A stretch of 64,000 nt of DNA, from assembly GCA_026936335.1 (NCBI GenBank), contig JAPMXV010000060.1, forward strand, positions 260,435 through 324,434, written 5' to 3'. Under the pieces are notes generated by a model. It ran no database searches, was not told the origin of the DNA, and saw only the letters and a list, made by a program, of their open reading frames with translations. Below are positions 10,938 through 21,500 of the stretch, piece after piece. Each line of letters begins with the position of its first letter. Position 1 is the first letter of the stretch. A program made the position numbers and the translations under genes. The DNA is from Mantamonas sphyraenae STR306. Lineage: Eukaryota; Protista; CRuMs.

Positions 10938-12038
10938 ATGTACCAGAATAGCACCCCAAGCGACGGATGGGGCAACAAGACCAGAAGAACCCCGTCCATG
11001 TCCAAATCGGCTGTAGACGAAGGGGCTGTGGCCCTCTTGAGTTTGGAACAGAAGCAGCGACTGTTTCATCCCGACGACGTGTTCTTCCACTTTGTGCGTG
11101 GGGCCCTGCTGGACCAGGTGGTCCGTGAGGGCGCCGACGTGTGCGAGTTGTGGAACCCTGGCTATATCAGTCATGCAACAGTGTACAAACCCCTGCAGAT
11201 TTCATCGCTCACCCTCTGTGTGACCAAAGAAGAGCGAAAGGACGAGTTGGCCGCGTTTCTCGATCGTATCAGCGGTATGGAGCCCGAGCCGACGTTGGCT
11301 GTGTTGAATGCTGGTCAACCCCTGCTCGAGACGCTCGGACGTAGCAATGAGGAGCAGCTGGACTGCATCACAGCCTTTCATGGGTTTGACCGTGTGTGGA
11401 AGGACGAGCAGACGGCAGATATCTTTCTGGCAGACATCGCAGCGTCGCTTAAACGCGGCGGCACGTTTGTCGGCATCACCTACGACGCTGCAGAGGTGTG
11501 GAGCAATTCACTGAAGGGGAAGCGGAAATCTCAGCACGACCCACGACGGGTGTTTGGTTCGTCGTGCCAGGTGATTGCGCCAGCTCAGATGACGGCGTTT
11601 GGCTGCGAAGTAGTTCTTCGCTCAGTGCGTGGCTCGTCGTACAAGGAACTGCGGGGCAACCTCGTGCAGTCGTCCACATTCATCAAAATGGCACGCCAGC
11701 ACGGACTCCGGTGTGTGCATATGACCGACATGGTCAAGTTCTTTGGCGACAACGCGTCGCTCTACAGGGATTTGCTCAAGAATGTGTCCTACGCCAAGTC
11801 TGAGCTGGGCACATACACTGCCATCCACATGGTGTTTTGTTTTCAACGTGAGAGCGAAGAGGAAGAGGCGGAGCGACGCCTGCTGGACGAGGCACGGAAG
11901 GAAAGGCAAAGACGGGGCAAGAACGTCGGCGAGGAGAGCGATGCAGATCGCAATGCGACTGCTGAAGATAATGATCAAGAAGCACAGGATGGTGGCGAGG
12001 ATGAGGAGGGAGATGGAGACGACATGGACATCGAATGA
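10938..12038 (+). CDS. mRNA cap guanine-N7 methyltransferase-like paralogue (RNMT fold, degenerate motif I); start uncertain (10881, 10938 or 10998)
   Basis: FFHFVRGALL, ADVCELW in place of VLDLGCGKGGD, FLADIAASLKRGGTFVGITYD, FG-x-E, LVQSSTFIKMARQHGL, and FCFQR. Resembles the plant 'cap methyltransferase 2' type as I recall it. Confidence 0.72.
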   Translation: MYQNSTPSDGWGNKTRRTPSMSKSAVDEGAVALLSLEQKQRLFHPDDVFFHFVRGALLDQVVREGADVCELWNPGYISHATVYKPLQISSLTLCVTKEERKDELAAFLDRISGMEPEPTLAVLNAGQPLLETLGRSNEEQLDCITAFHGFDRVWKDEQTADIFLADIAASLKRGGTFVGITYDAAEVWSNSLKGKRKSQHDPRRVFGSSCQVIAPAQMTAFGCEVVLRSVRGSSYKELRGNLVQSSTFIKMARQHGLRCVHMTDMVKFFGDNASLYRDLLKNVSYAKSELGTYTAIHMVFCFQRESEEEEAERRLLDEARKERQRRGKNVGEESDADRNATAEDNDQEAQDGGEDEEGDGDDMDIE

Positions 12039-12081
12039 GACATCGCAAAGGCAACCAGCACAACAAAGCACTCTCAACACA

Positions 12082-13182
12082 ATGGGCGAACAAGCATTCC
12101 GTGCCGAAGTGGAAGTCTTCCAGAAGTTGGAGCGAGGTGCGTGTGTCCCGCCTCCCCTCCTCTGCACCCTCAATCCCATCCAGCACTGACACAGCCAGCC
12201 AACCCGCCGTGCAGATCTCGAGACGCAGCGTCAGAATCTGCAAACGCTGATTGCGTCCAAGAACGAGACCCAGCTGGTTCTTGATGTATGTGAATGCGCC
12301 AGTGATTGTGTGCCGTTGCATTGGAGGCGCGGTGTGTGTGTGTGTGTGTGGTAGAAAGCGGAGATGCAGAAGGGGGAGGCTGAAGGCTGGAGTGAAGGTG
12401 GGCGGGAAACGGCCGCCGTTCACAAAGTGGACACTGTTGGCTCAGTACACAGCCACCACACACCGCGTTTGCTGTCACACGTGCGCCCATAGACATGTGT
12501 GTGTGTGTGTGTGTGTGCATGCGTGAACGGCAATGGCGTGTGTCGGTGAAGCGGGTGAAGGAGGACGCGGGTTGATCAACCGCCAACCGCTAGAGGCAAC
12601 AGGCCTCAACGCGGTTGCTCCGCTCCCTTTTGTCAGCTGGACGGATACCACACGGCTGGTGTGCGACCGCCTATGCGCACACCGGCCCTTGGAGCCACAC
12701 ATACACGTGGTCACTGACACGGCGGCGGGTTTGGCAACACACACACACACTCTCTCTCTCAGGAACTGACGGGACTGGAGGATGAAGACGAGGTTTTCAA
12801 GCTTGTGGGACCAGTGTTGGTGCCGCAGGATCTGGACGAGGCACGCAACAATGTGAATAAGCGCCTGTCGCACATTGACGGCCAGATGTACGTCCTTTGC
12901 CGCACCCTGTCCTTGCGACCCAGCCATCCACACACAAAGCTGACACAGCCGTACACACCGGTGACACCCCATCCACTTCCATTAGCGAGGCCATCGAGGA
13001 GCGCATGGAAACCATGCGTGCTTCGTCCAAGCGCAGCCAGGAAAAGGTACGTCCACGCCCGTCTCGTCGCTGGCTTGCCCACTCGCAGCAACAGCTCACC
13101 CTCCCGCTCCCTTCTCCTTGCTTCCTCTCAGCTCCAACGCATGCAGATGGAAGCCCAGCGTGCAGGCCAGAACCGCCAGTGA
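12082..13182 (+). CDS. PFDN6: Prefoldin subunit 6, copy 2 (5 exons)
   Basis: Same exon structure as copy 1. The coding difference I found (ACT/ACG) is synonymous. Confidence 0.88.
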
Positions 13183-13301
13183 ACGTGTGCAACCACTTCC
13201 ACCGCAAAAAACACACCCTCTTCCCTCGCTCAATCAACTTGCAAACACAGACTGGTCCCCTTCAATGAGTGTGTACATTCCTGCCCACAACATTTGGCCA
13301 T

Positions 13302-14161
13302 TTAAAGCACGCCAATGTTGCCAGCAACCTCCAGCGCGTCGTAGTCGCCAGCCAGCTTCACGAAAGCCTTCTTGCGGCCGTCCGGGCGGATCAGGGTGTT
13401 CACCTTGGCGCACTTGACCTCGTACAGCTTCCACATCGCCTCCTTGATGTTGTTCTTGTTCGAGCGCAGGTCCACAATGAACGTCAGCGTGTTGGTCGCC
13501 TCCATCTTCTGCAGAGCGTCCTCAGTCGTCACCGGGTACTGGATGATCTGGTACTCGTCAAACTTGGGCACCACCTTGGCGATGCTGCGCAGGTAGCGCG
13601 GAGTACGGCGCAGACGCAGAGTCTTGGGACGGTGGAACGTCGTCGACTTGTGCATTTTGCGCAGGCTCTTCTTCGTGCCGCGCGCCTGGGCGTTTGCTGC
13701 GCTGATGGCTGTGTGTGTCCAAACGTGTGGTGTGTCAGCCCATGCTCCCCGTCTTCTTCCGTCTTCTCCTGTCCACTTCCATTTCTCTCGCACCCTCCTC
13801 CCCCCGTTCCGCCGCCGCCAACACCCTCGCCCGCCTCGCATGCATTTTTTCCAGCATGCGCTCTGAGCCCCTCCACAGCCCACACTGTACACGCTATACA
13901 CCTCCCGTCCACCTTCCCCTCTGTGCCCGTCTCCTCCACATCTCCTCCATCCCCTTCCGTCCTCATCCGACCCTTCTGCCCACCCCTGCCGCCCGAAAAC
14001 GCCGTTGGCCCAATCTCCTCTCCGGGGCCTCCCGCCACTTGCCACCGTCCCTGCACGCCCATGCCTCTTCCACACACATTTCCCTATCTCTCCTCCCATG
14101 CACACCCTCACTCTCCTTCTCTCTGTACACCTCTACACATCCTCATACCTTTCTTGACCAT
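13302..14161 (-). CDS. RPL23A: 60S ribosomal protein L23a (uL23), copy 2
   Basis: Mirror of 8767-9626 with intact frame. The GCA/GCT difference is synonymous. Confidence 0.95.
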
Positions 14162-14339
14162 GATTTGTTGCTGTGTTGTGTTGGGCGCACAACCGCACAC
14201 CCACCTCCCACCCCTCCCGCACCCTCATCTTTCCCATGCAGCGTTTGCATCCCACGCTCCCCACTCCTACTCCCCCTTCTCCTCTTTCTCTCCATCTCGT
14301 TTCATCCCTCCCATCCACCTTGGCGTCATCTTTCTGCTC

Positions 14340-15689
14340 TCACAGGAGTTCCTCTCGCAGTCCCTGGCCCTTCTTGCCATCACCGCCACGTGGAGCACGG
14401 CTCGAGCGCATCGATCGCCCAGGGCGACGGCTTCTTTCGCTGCGCTCGGCGCTCATCTGCGCCAGCTTGCTCTCACGGGCTTCCATCTCATCGCCTCCGT
14501 CGCGAACACGGCGCCAGTGCCGATACCCTGCATATCCCAGGGCAAACAGGAAGCCAAAAAATGTCAGCGTGAAAGAGACAGCCGACGATGTGTCACCTGG
14601 CCCGATTGCCATCCCGATCATGGAACACACAGCTGCCCACAGGCACATGGCGTAGGTTGTCCCGCGCCACAGATTCACGGTCCACACGTTGCATGGCATC
14701 AAGCGTATGTTTGCCACCAACAGGACTAAGAAACACACTGTGATCATGGACATGATCACCCACACCCACTTTTCACCGCTGAAGAACGTGTAAAGCGCTG
14801 CAAGCAGGTACTTCACCTGGATCGACAGAATCATGAACGACGCCCTGTTTTTCACGTCGATCTCTCGCACCAACGTCCCGGCCGTCACCAAAAGCGTGGT
14901 AGGATAAAAGATCACCAACGCCAGCAGTGCCAAAATCGCGTACACCAGATGTGTGCCCTCCCAACACGTGATCGAGCAATCCCGATCTAAAAAGATATGC
15001 CCTGGCTCGTATGTGCACGACAGCCACTGAAACATATTGTCGCAGAAGGGCAGATACATCAGAGGCGGCAGTTCAAACACAAGCAGCTCTCCCAGAAGCC
15101 GCAGCTTTGAGCTTCGTGGCAGGTCAATGGCCGCGTCTTTCAAGTCGTTCAGCCAGTCGATGTCCAGCATCACACCCGCAAAAAGTGCAATCAACATCAT
15201 AGCGTAGAGCACAGAAATCGAAAACAGCACCCAGAACGAGAGGATGTCCGTCACCTTGTCGTGCCAGTCCAAAAACACCACGTTGAAAAACCACGATGTC
15301 CACGTCGGCGGCGGGGCCATACACTTTTCCCCCAAATGCAGGTTTGGCGGCTGTGCGTACGACACCAGTTGCAGCGCCTCCACTGCCACCACCACCACAA
15401 TAAACAGGTTGCGCGGCCCATTCGGCAGCCGCGTTCGCTCCGGAGGTCGGAAAATCACGATCGTCTCCGCGTCGTCAAACTCGTCGTCCTCGTACGAGTA
15501 GTCCGACGCGTACGAGTACTCACTAAAGTCCGCGTCTATATCGTCCGTCTCGTACCGCAGCGCATCCTCCTCCGTCACTAGAAATCGCTGTGAGTACCAC
15601 CACACCGACCCGCAACACAGCCAGTACAGCATGAACGGGATGCCCATCCCCAGCGCAGCAGCCAAGCCAGCATCCGTGGTTGACACCAT
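14340..15689 (-). CDS. Multi-pass membrane protein of unknown function
   Basis: Long ORF with ~8-10 hydrophobic segments and motif WLSC...FLDRDCSITCWEGTH, typical of protist multi-TM families. Likely start MVSTTDAG. Confidence 0.65.
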   Translation of the reverse strand: MVSTTDAGLAAALGMGIPFMLYWLCCGSVWWYSQRFLVTEEDALRYETDDIDADFSEYSYASDYSYEDDEFDDAETIVIFRPPERTRLPNGPRNLFIVVVVAVEALQLVSYAQPPNLHLGEKCMAPPPTWTSWFFNVVFLDWHDKVTDILSFWVLFSISVLYAMMLIALFAGVMLDIDWLNDLKDAAIDLPRSSKLRLLGELLVFELPPLMYLPFCDNMFQWLSCTYEPGHIFLDRDCSITCWEGTHLVYAILALLALVIFYPTTLLVTAGTLVREIDVKNRASFMILSIQVKYLLAALYTFFSGEKWVWVIMSMITVCFLVLLVANIRLMPCNVWTVNLWRGTTYAMCLWAAVCSMIGMAIGPGDTSSAVSFTLTFFGFLFALGYAGYRHWRRVRDGGDEMEARESKLAQMSAERSERSRRPGRSMRSSRAPRGGDGKKGQGLREELL

Positions 15690-15826
15690 CCTCGCAACTC
15701 TTGCACAACCGGCTTTCGCTTCCTTTGCATTGCCCTGCGCACAAAAAGGTCTCCTTTCCCAACGCCTGCGCAAACTCCCTCTTCAACGCATGCGCCGAGA
15801 CCGTGAGAGCACAAAGACAATACATT

Positions 15827-17263
15827 TCATTTGCGTGTGTTTGCCCCCTTGTTCTGTTGCTGCACATAGAAGCTCGCTCCCACTGCCGCTGCCGCCACCA
15901 CCACCATCCCACCAAACACCGTCCAGTAACTCATCTCACCCTTCTTTGTCTTGCCTGCCACGCTGCCATCTCCTGCATCCTCGTCCTCGTCCTCGTCATC
16001 TTCTCCTAGCTCCTCCTCCTTGCGCCTCTGGGCGGCTGCACGCTTTTTGGCGAGTGCCTTCGGTGTCATGTCGTAGGACACCTTGGCATCATTGTGCTCC
16101 TGCAGAAACGACTTGACCGTGTCCACAACCACGCTTGCCTCCAGACTGCTCTCGCACAGGTCATCGTAGTTGAACATCCGGTCTGTGGGGTCGCCGTTCT
16201 TTGCCGTCGATTTCAACCCCAAGTACGCTCGCCACGAGCGAGAGTCGTCAAACACCCAGTTCGGCTCTGCGCCTTGCTTTTCCTCCAGTGCATTCAGTTG
16301 CTCTGCCAGAGGGCCAAGATCCACACGCGGTGCAGGCGACGCCGTCTGCATCCGCACGGCGGACTCGTACCGGTAGTACAACGCGTACGTGCGCTTCCAC
16401 ACAAGCAGCACTCGATAGTGCTTTGTGCGCAGAAACAGCTGCCGCAATGACAGGGTGCCCAGCACATTCGGTGCCGTGACCACACTCAGATCCAGAGCCG
16501 GAAACTCCTCCACCTTTGCCGTCAACTCCAGCATTGTCTGGCTCATCTCGTCTGCAGCCACCATGGCCTCCACCTCTTGTCGGTGTGGACTGTCCTTGCT
16601 CACTTGTCCCTCGCTGCCCACCATGTCCTCCACAATCTGCAGCAACGGCGCAACCATCTCCCCGTCCGCGTTGTTTGGACCCTCCAGCATGGCCCGGTAC
16701 ATCTCTCCGGTCACCTGCAGTGCGCCCTCGCCACTGTGCTTCGCACGCAACCTGTCCGACTCGGCTTCCAGAACGTAGCAGATGCCTGCAGCTACACTGT
16801 CCTTTGTGTACCCAAAGTCGCCCATCCGCGCAACCTCGATCAGCACCTCCCGGTGTTTCAGTGCTCGCTCAGGGTCCAACAGCACGGCCAGGGCCACCAC
16901 ACCGTCCACGTCAAAGTGATCGTTCGTCACATACTTCACGTCCCGATACCGTGTGTGCACACTCTCGTCCTCCAGAAAGTTGAACGCCATCTCCGTGCTG
17001 AGATCCGCCCCTTCCTTCACGCTTTCGGGCAATCCCTCATACTGCTTTCCGTCCATGTGCGACAGAAGCATCGCCGTCGACTCGTTCTCCCAAAAGTCCC
17101 CCGCTGAAGCGTTCTCCTAGCGCGTCAGTGACAACAAGCCCGTGCTCTCCAGCTTTCCTCCCTCCCTTGCCTTCCCGAGCCCCTGCTTACCATCCACCAA
17201 CATGTGCTTTTCTCCTCGTTCCAGCAGGTGCACCTCTTTGTACTCGAACGCAGGGTACAGCAT
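15827..17263 (-). CDS. DUF6687-like (DHH-phosphoesterase-related, bacterial-type) protein with C-terminal TM anchor
   Basis: Exon 1 17263-17191, intron 17190-17117, exon 2 to 15827. Motifs LVDG...LSH, ADLSTEMAF, VTNDHFDVDG, VARMGDFG, YYRYES and PRVDL. Hydrophobic C-terminal tail. Confidence 0.7.
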
Positions 17264-17330
17264 CACGCCACTTGTTGTTTGGTTTGCCGTCGCCGGCGCA
17301 ATCCAATTGGGCCTCGCAACAACCACCACC

Positions 17331-18497
17331 ATGTCCTCAAAGACCAAAATCCTGCTCATCATCGACTACGACCCGTCTCACAACTGGTACGAACTGTTTG
17401 AGCGCATCACGCTGGACGACGGCAGCTCCATTGAAGTCCACCAGACGCAGTGGGCCGAGATGCAGTGCAACGTCACTCAAGAGGGCCTGTTTGTCGACAT
17501 CCAACCTGCAGACTCGCCCATCTATGGCACGAACCAGAAGAATCAGCGCACCGTGCAGCCCGACTTTGTTTTGATCCGCAATTTTGCTCGGGCCGTCCAC
17601 GAGCAGTCGTTCATGCACAACGTCCTCGCGTTCATCCATGCAGGCATCCCTGCGGTCAACAGCTTCGAGTCCATTTATTCTTGCATGGAGAAACCCGTTG
17701 TCTACGGGGCCATGCGGGCCATCCAACGCAAACTTGGCAAAGATGACGACGGCAACTGGGTGTTTCCGCTCATCCCGCAGAACTTTTATCCCAACGAGGC
17801 TGCAGGCACAGGGATGCCCTTCAAGATGCCCTCCACCCCAGCGGTGATCAAAGTCGGCAGCACGCACGCGGGCTACGGAAAGATGCGTGTTCTCAACGAC
17901 GACGACTACATGGATCTCCAGTCCATCCTGGTGCTCCACAACGACTACTTCACCACAGAGTCCTTCATTTCCTCCTCCCACGACGTCCGTCTGCAGCGCA
18001 TCAGCAGCAACCTGGATGGCGCCGAGGTTCACTACCGCGTCTTCAACAAGATCAGCGACAACAACTGGAAGGGCAACTGGGGCAACATCCGCTACGAGCA
18101 GGTGGAGGTGACTGCCTGGCACAAGCTCATTGCAGACGAATGCGCTGCTCTCTTTGGCGGCCTCGAGATTCTTGCCCTCGATCTTGTCCACGACACCTCC
18201 ACCGACCGTGACGTCATCATCGAGCTCAACGACACCGCCATTGGCCTTTTTCACGAAGCCGAGGAGGAAGACACGGGCTACATTGTCCAGGCCGTCATTG
18301 AGAAGTGGAACGCGCACAACGCCGAGTTTCCCGACGACTCCACCTCGACCTTTGTGTCTGCGTCCTCCTCCTCCTCCACCACCACCACTACTGCTTCCAA
18401 GGAAAACCCCGTTCCCAAGGCCGAGGTCCTTCTCGACGAGAACGGCATTCCTCTGCCCCCGCCTCTTCCAAGCAACCAAACCGAGAACGACGAATGA
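17331..18497 (+). CDS. Synapsin-like ATP-grasp protein (synapsin C domain)
   Basis: KILLIID...NWY, IEVHQTQW, PDFVLIRN, GIPAVNSFESIY...KPVVY, FPLIPQNFYPN, VIKVGSTHAGYGKMRV, NNWKGN, FGGLEILALD and IIELND. Proline-rich tail. Confidence 0.88.
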   Translation: MSSKTKILLIIDYDPSHNWYELFERITLDDGSSIEVHQTQWAEMQCNVTQEGLFVDIQPADSPIYGTNQKNQRTVQPDFVLIRNFARAVHEQSFMHNVLAFIHAGIPAVNSFESIYSCMEKPVVYGAMRAIQRKLGKDDDGNWVFPLIPQNFYPNEAAGTGMPFKMPSTPAVIKVGSTHAGYGKMRVLNDDDYMDLQSILVLHNDYFTTESFISSSHDVRLQRISSNLDGAEVHYRVFNKISDNNWKGNWGNIRYEQVEVTAWHKLIADECAALFGGLEILALDLVHDTSTDRDVIIELNDTAIGLFHEAEEEDTGYIVQAVIEKWNAHNAEFPDDSTSTFVSASSSSSTTTTTASKENPVPKAEVLLDENGIPLPPPLPSNQTENDE

Positions 18498-18524
18498 AAG
18501 GAGAACCCAGGCATCCATTTGTGT

Positions 18525-21500
18525 TCACGCACGATCCTGTTCCTCCACATCCTCTCCTGTCTCTTCCATCACCGCAGACAGCTGCGGCAGCGGCACCGAA
18601 ATGCTCATGGCCGTCCCCTGTGCACCACCGGTCTCGAGCGAACGGACAATGCGCACGACCACATCCATCAGATGTGGCGCCGCGTCGTCCTTGCGCAGCC
18701 TATCCACCTGCGACACATACACCCGGCGTGTTTGCTCACCTTGCGCCGCCCAGTTGGCCATGCCTTGTTCCTCGTCCTCCTCGTCCTGCTCAAAATCGGT
18801 CACCACCAGCTCCAAAAACTCGTCACGCAGCTCCGACTCCACATCCATCAGCTGCTGCAAGTCAAACTGACTCACGTGTGCAAACACATCGTCCATCTCA
18901 CTCAGCGGACGGAATGTCAGCAGCGTCTTTGGCGGGCGTGTCTCGCCCAGCTTGAGCCAGTACAATTCGTTCTCTGGCCTGTACGCACGACGCGCCAACG
19001 ACAGCAACACATGTCCAAACGACATGTACCCGTGCAGACTCACGGGCACCCCACGCATGGCTCGCATGCGCCTGTCCACATCGTCTGCGGTCGCGCTCAC
19101 CGTCACGCCAAGCGGCGGATCCAGCTCCACTAGGAAAGCAGGCAGCTGACTCACGTGCAGCAGCTGGCTCGACCCAATGTCAAACTGCGTCCACACGTTT
19201 GTAAACACGCGAAGCACATCCTCCACCGATGGTGGCTTCAGCTTTCGTGCCTGGGCCATCATTGCTGCGTGTCGCACCATTTTCCAGCCCAGCTTTTTGC
19301 GCATACCCACCGCCGTCGTTCCGCTGCTGCTTCCCACACCCGTTCCTGCCGTGCTGTCCTCGTTTCCGTCCTCTGCGCTGCTCTCCTGCTGTGAAGTGTT
19401 CGACGCAGTCTTTTTGCGCTCGTCCTCCTCGTAGATCCCGCGTGCCGTCTCAAAGAACTCCTCTCTGTTCTCCTCGTCCGTGGCGTACAGGTCTGCAATG
19501 CTGAAAAACGACTCCATGGCCACAGCCTGCGCTGCTGCGTCCGCCTTTGCCTCGGCGTTTCCAGCCAAGCTGTATCCGCTGCTGGAATGGTTCAGGTTGC
19601 TGCGGCTGCTGTCCTGCACCTTGCGTCCACGACGCACAAATGCTCCCAGACCCGACCGCTTGCGTTCGGAGCGCTCGGACTGCTCAGCCGGATCGGTCCC
19701 TTGCATGGGAAACGCCTTCAGCAGTTGCGCCTCGATGCTTGCGCGCACGTCTCCGTCAGGCAGCTCCGTACCCATTCTGTGTTCGGTCAGTGCGTGCAGG
19801 CAGTGCTTGAACGACATGTAGCCCGACATCGACACCGGAATGTCCAGATACTGCATCAGCGCAACGATCTCCGGCGCGCTTGCATCCTCGTCCAGGCCCA
19901 GTGGCACACCCAGCTCAAGCACAAAGCGCTCAAACTTGGTCACATGGATGTACTGCGTCGCACGCGGGTCAAATCGGCTCCACACCTCCATAAAGTGCGA
20001 AAAGTGCTCCTCGGTCACCATCGAGTCCTCTTTGCTCATCACCTCGGTGAAGTTCTCCAAAATGACTGCAATGAACAGGTTGAGCATGATGAAGGACACC
20101 AGCACAATGAACGACAAGAAATACAGCAGCGCCCACGGGGTGCCGCAATCCACGCCGGGGATGCACATCGGCGGCTCCACCATCGCATCCAGCATGATCA
20201 GATGCCAGTTTTCGCCTGTGGACATGCGAAACAGCGTCAACAGCGAGCTGATAAAGGTGCGGAAGTTGGCACGCTCATTCAGGTTGTCCTGCAGACGCAC
20301 AAAGCCAAACAGATTCATGCCCAGCACGGCGTAGATGAAAAAGAGCAGGAACAGCAGAGAGCCGACGTTACCCAAGGAGCCCAGCGAGTACAGTAGGGTG
20401 TTGAACATGGTGCGTAGGCCCTTGGCTCGCTTGATCAAGCGAAAGATGCGCCCGATGCGAAACACACGCAGCAGCGACGCTGCCACACCAGCTTCCACCA
20501 GCAGACCCACAATTGAGCCCACCGCAATCACAAAGTCAAACACATTCCACTTGTCAGCAAAGTAGCGCGCCGGACGCACCGCATAGTTCTTGGCGGCCAC
20601 TTCCAACGCAAAAATCACCGTAAACACGAGGTTGGACAAGTCCAGAAACTGTGTGACCCACTCGGGCTGGTTGTACGAGCGCACGCTCATGATCAGCACG
20701 TTCAAGCAAATCAGCCCACCAATCAGGATCTCGAAGCGCTCGTGCGTCACAACCGCGAACACCGCTCGTCGCACAGGGTTCTTGGGCCGCTCGATCTTGC
20801 GCCGCGGCTTTGTGTGCAACAAGCGCTGTTGGGCCTTGACCCACGATCGTTGCGCCGAGTTGAGCACGGAGAAACCGTCAAACTCCTCCTTGAGCTTGTT
20901 GAAATTGTCCGTGACCACACCAACAAACAGGTTGACCATGAAGAAGGAGGCAATCAGCACAAAGGCAATGAAGTACAGCGCGTTTTCCGGGTGGTTGTCC
21001 ACAATGGGCTGTTGGTCCACACCGGCTACGTCGACGGTGTTGGTCATCATGGACGGCCAACCCTCCAGGGTCGAGGCGATAAACATCATCAGCATGGCGT
21101 TCAGGATGTTGTCAAAGTTGAACTGCTCGTTGGACCACACACGGTCAATGCTGCGTCTGCTCTCGGGCTCCACAAACTCGCCGATGCACTGGCTGCGATT
21201 GCGCACGCTCGGATCGTTGCAACGATACAACTGGCCCTTCCACAACTGCACGCCGAGGATGCCAAAGATCAGCCAGAACAGGGCGCACAGAAACAGCAGA
21301 TTCACGATGGCAGGCACACTGCGAATGATGCAGTTGACCACCACACGCATCTCGGGCGCGCGTGAAATGATGCGCAGAGGACGCAGCGTGCGCAACAGGC
21401 GCAGGATGCGCACCGTGTCCAGCTCTGCCCCTTCCACAAACACGTTGATCAGCGACGAGAGCACAATGATGAAATCCAGCACATTCCAGGGATCGTGCAG

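Larger units (their letters stand above)
12024..14319 (-). repeat. Inverted repeat, right arm (~2.3 kb; PFDN6 + RPL23A)
   Basis: Reverse complement of 8609-10898. Confidence 0.97.

Noticed and set aside
8609-14319. Inverted repeat as transposon terminal inverted repeats
   Set aside because: The arms carry housekeeping genes, there is no transposase in the spacer, and I see no target-site duplication at the outer ends.
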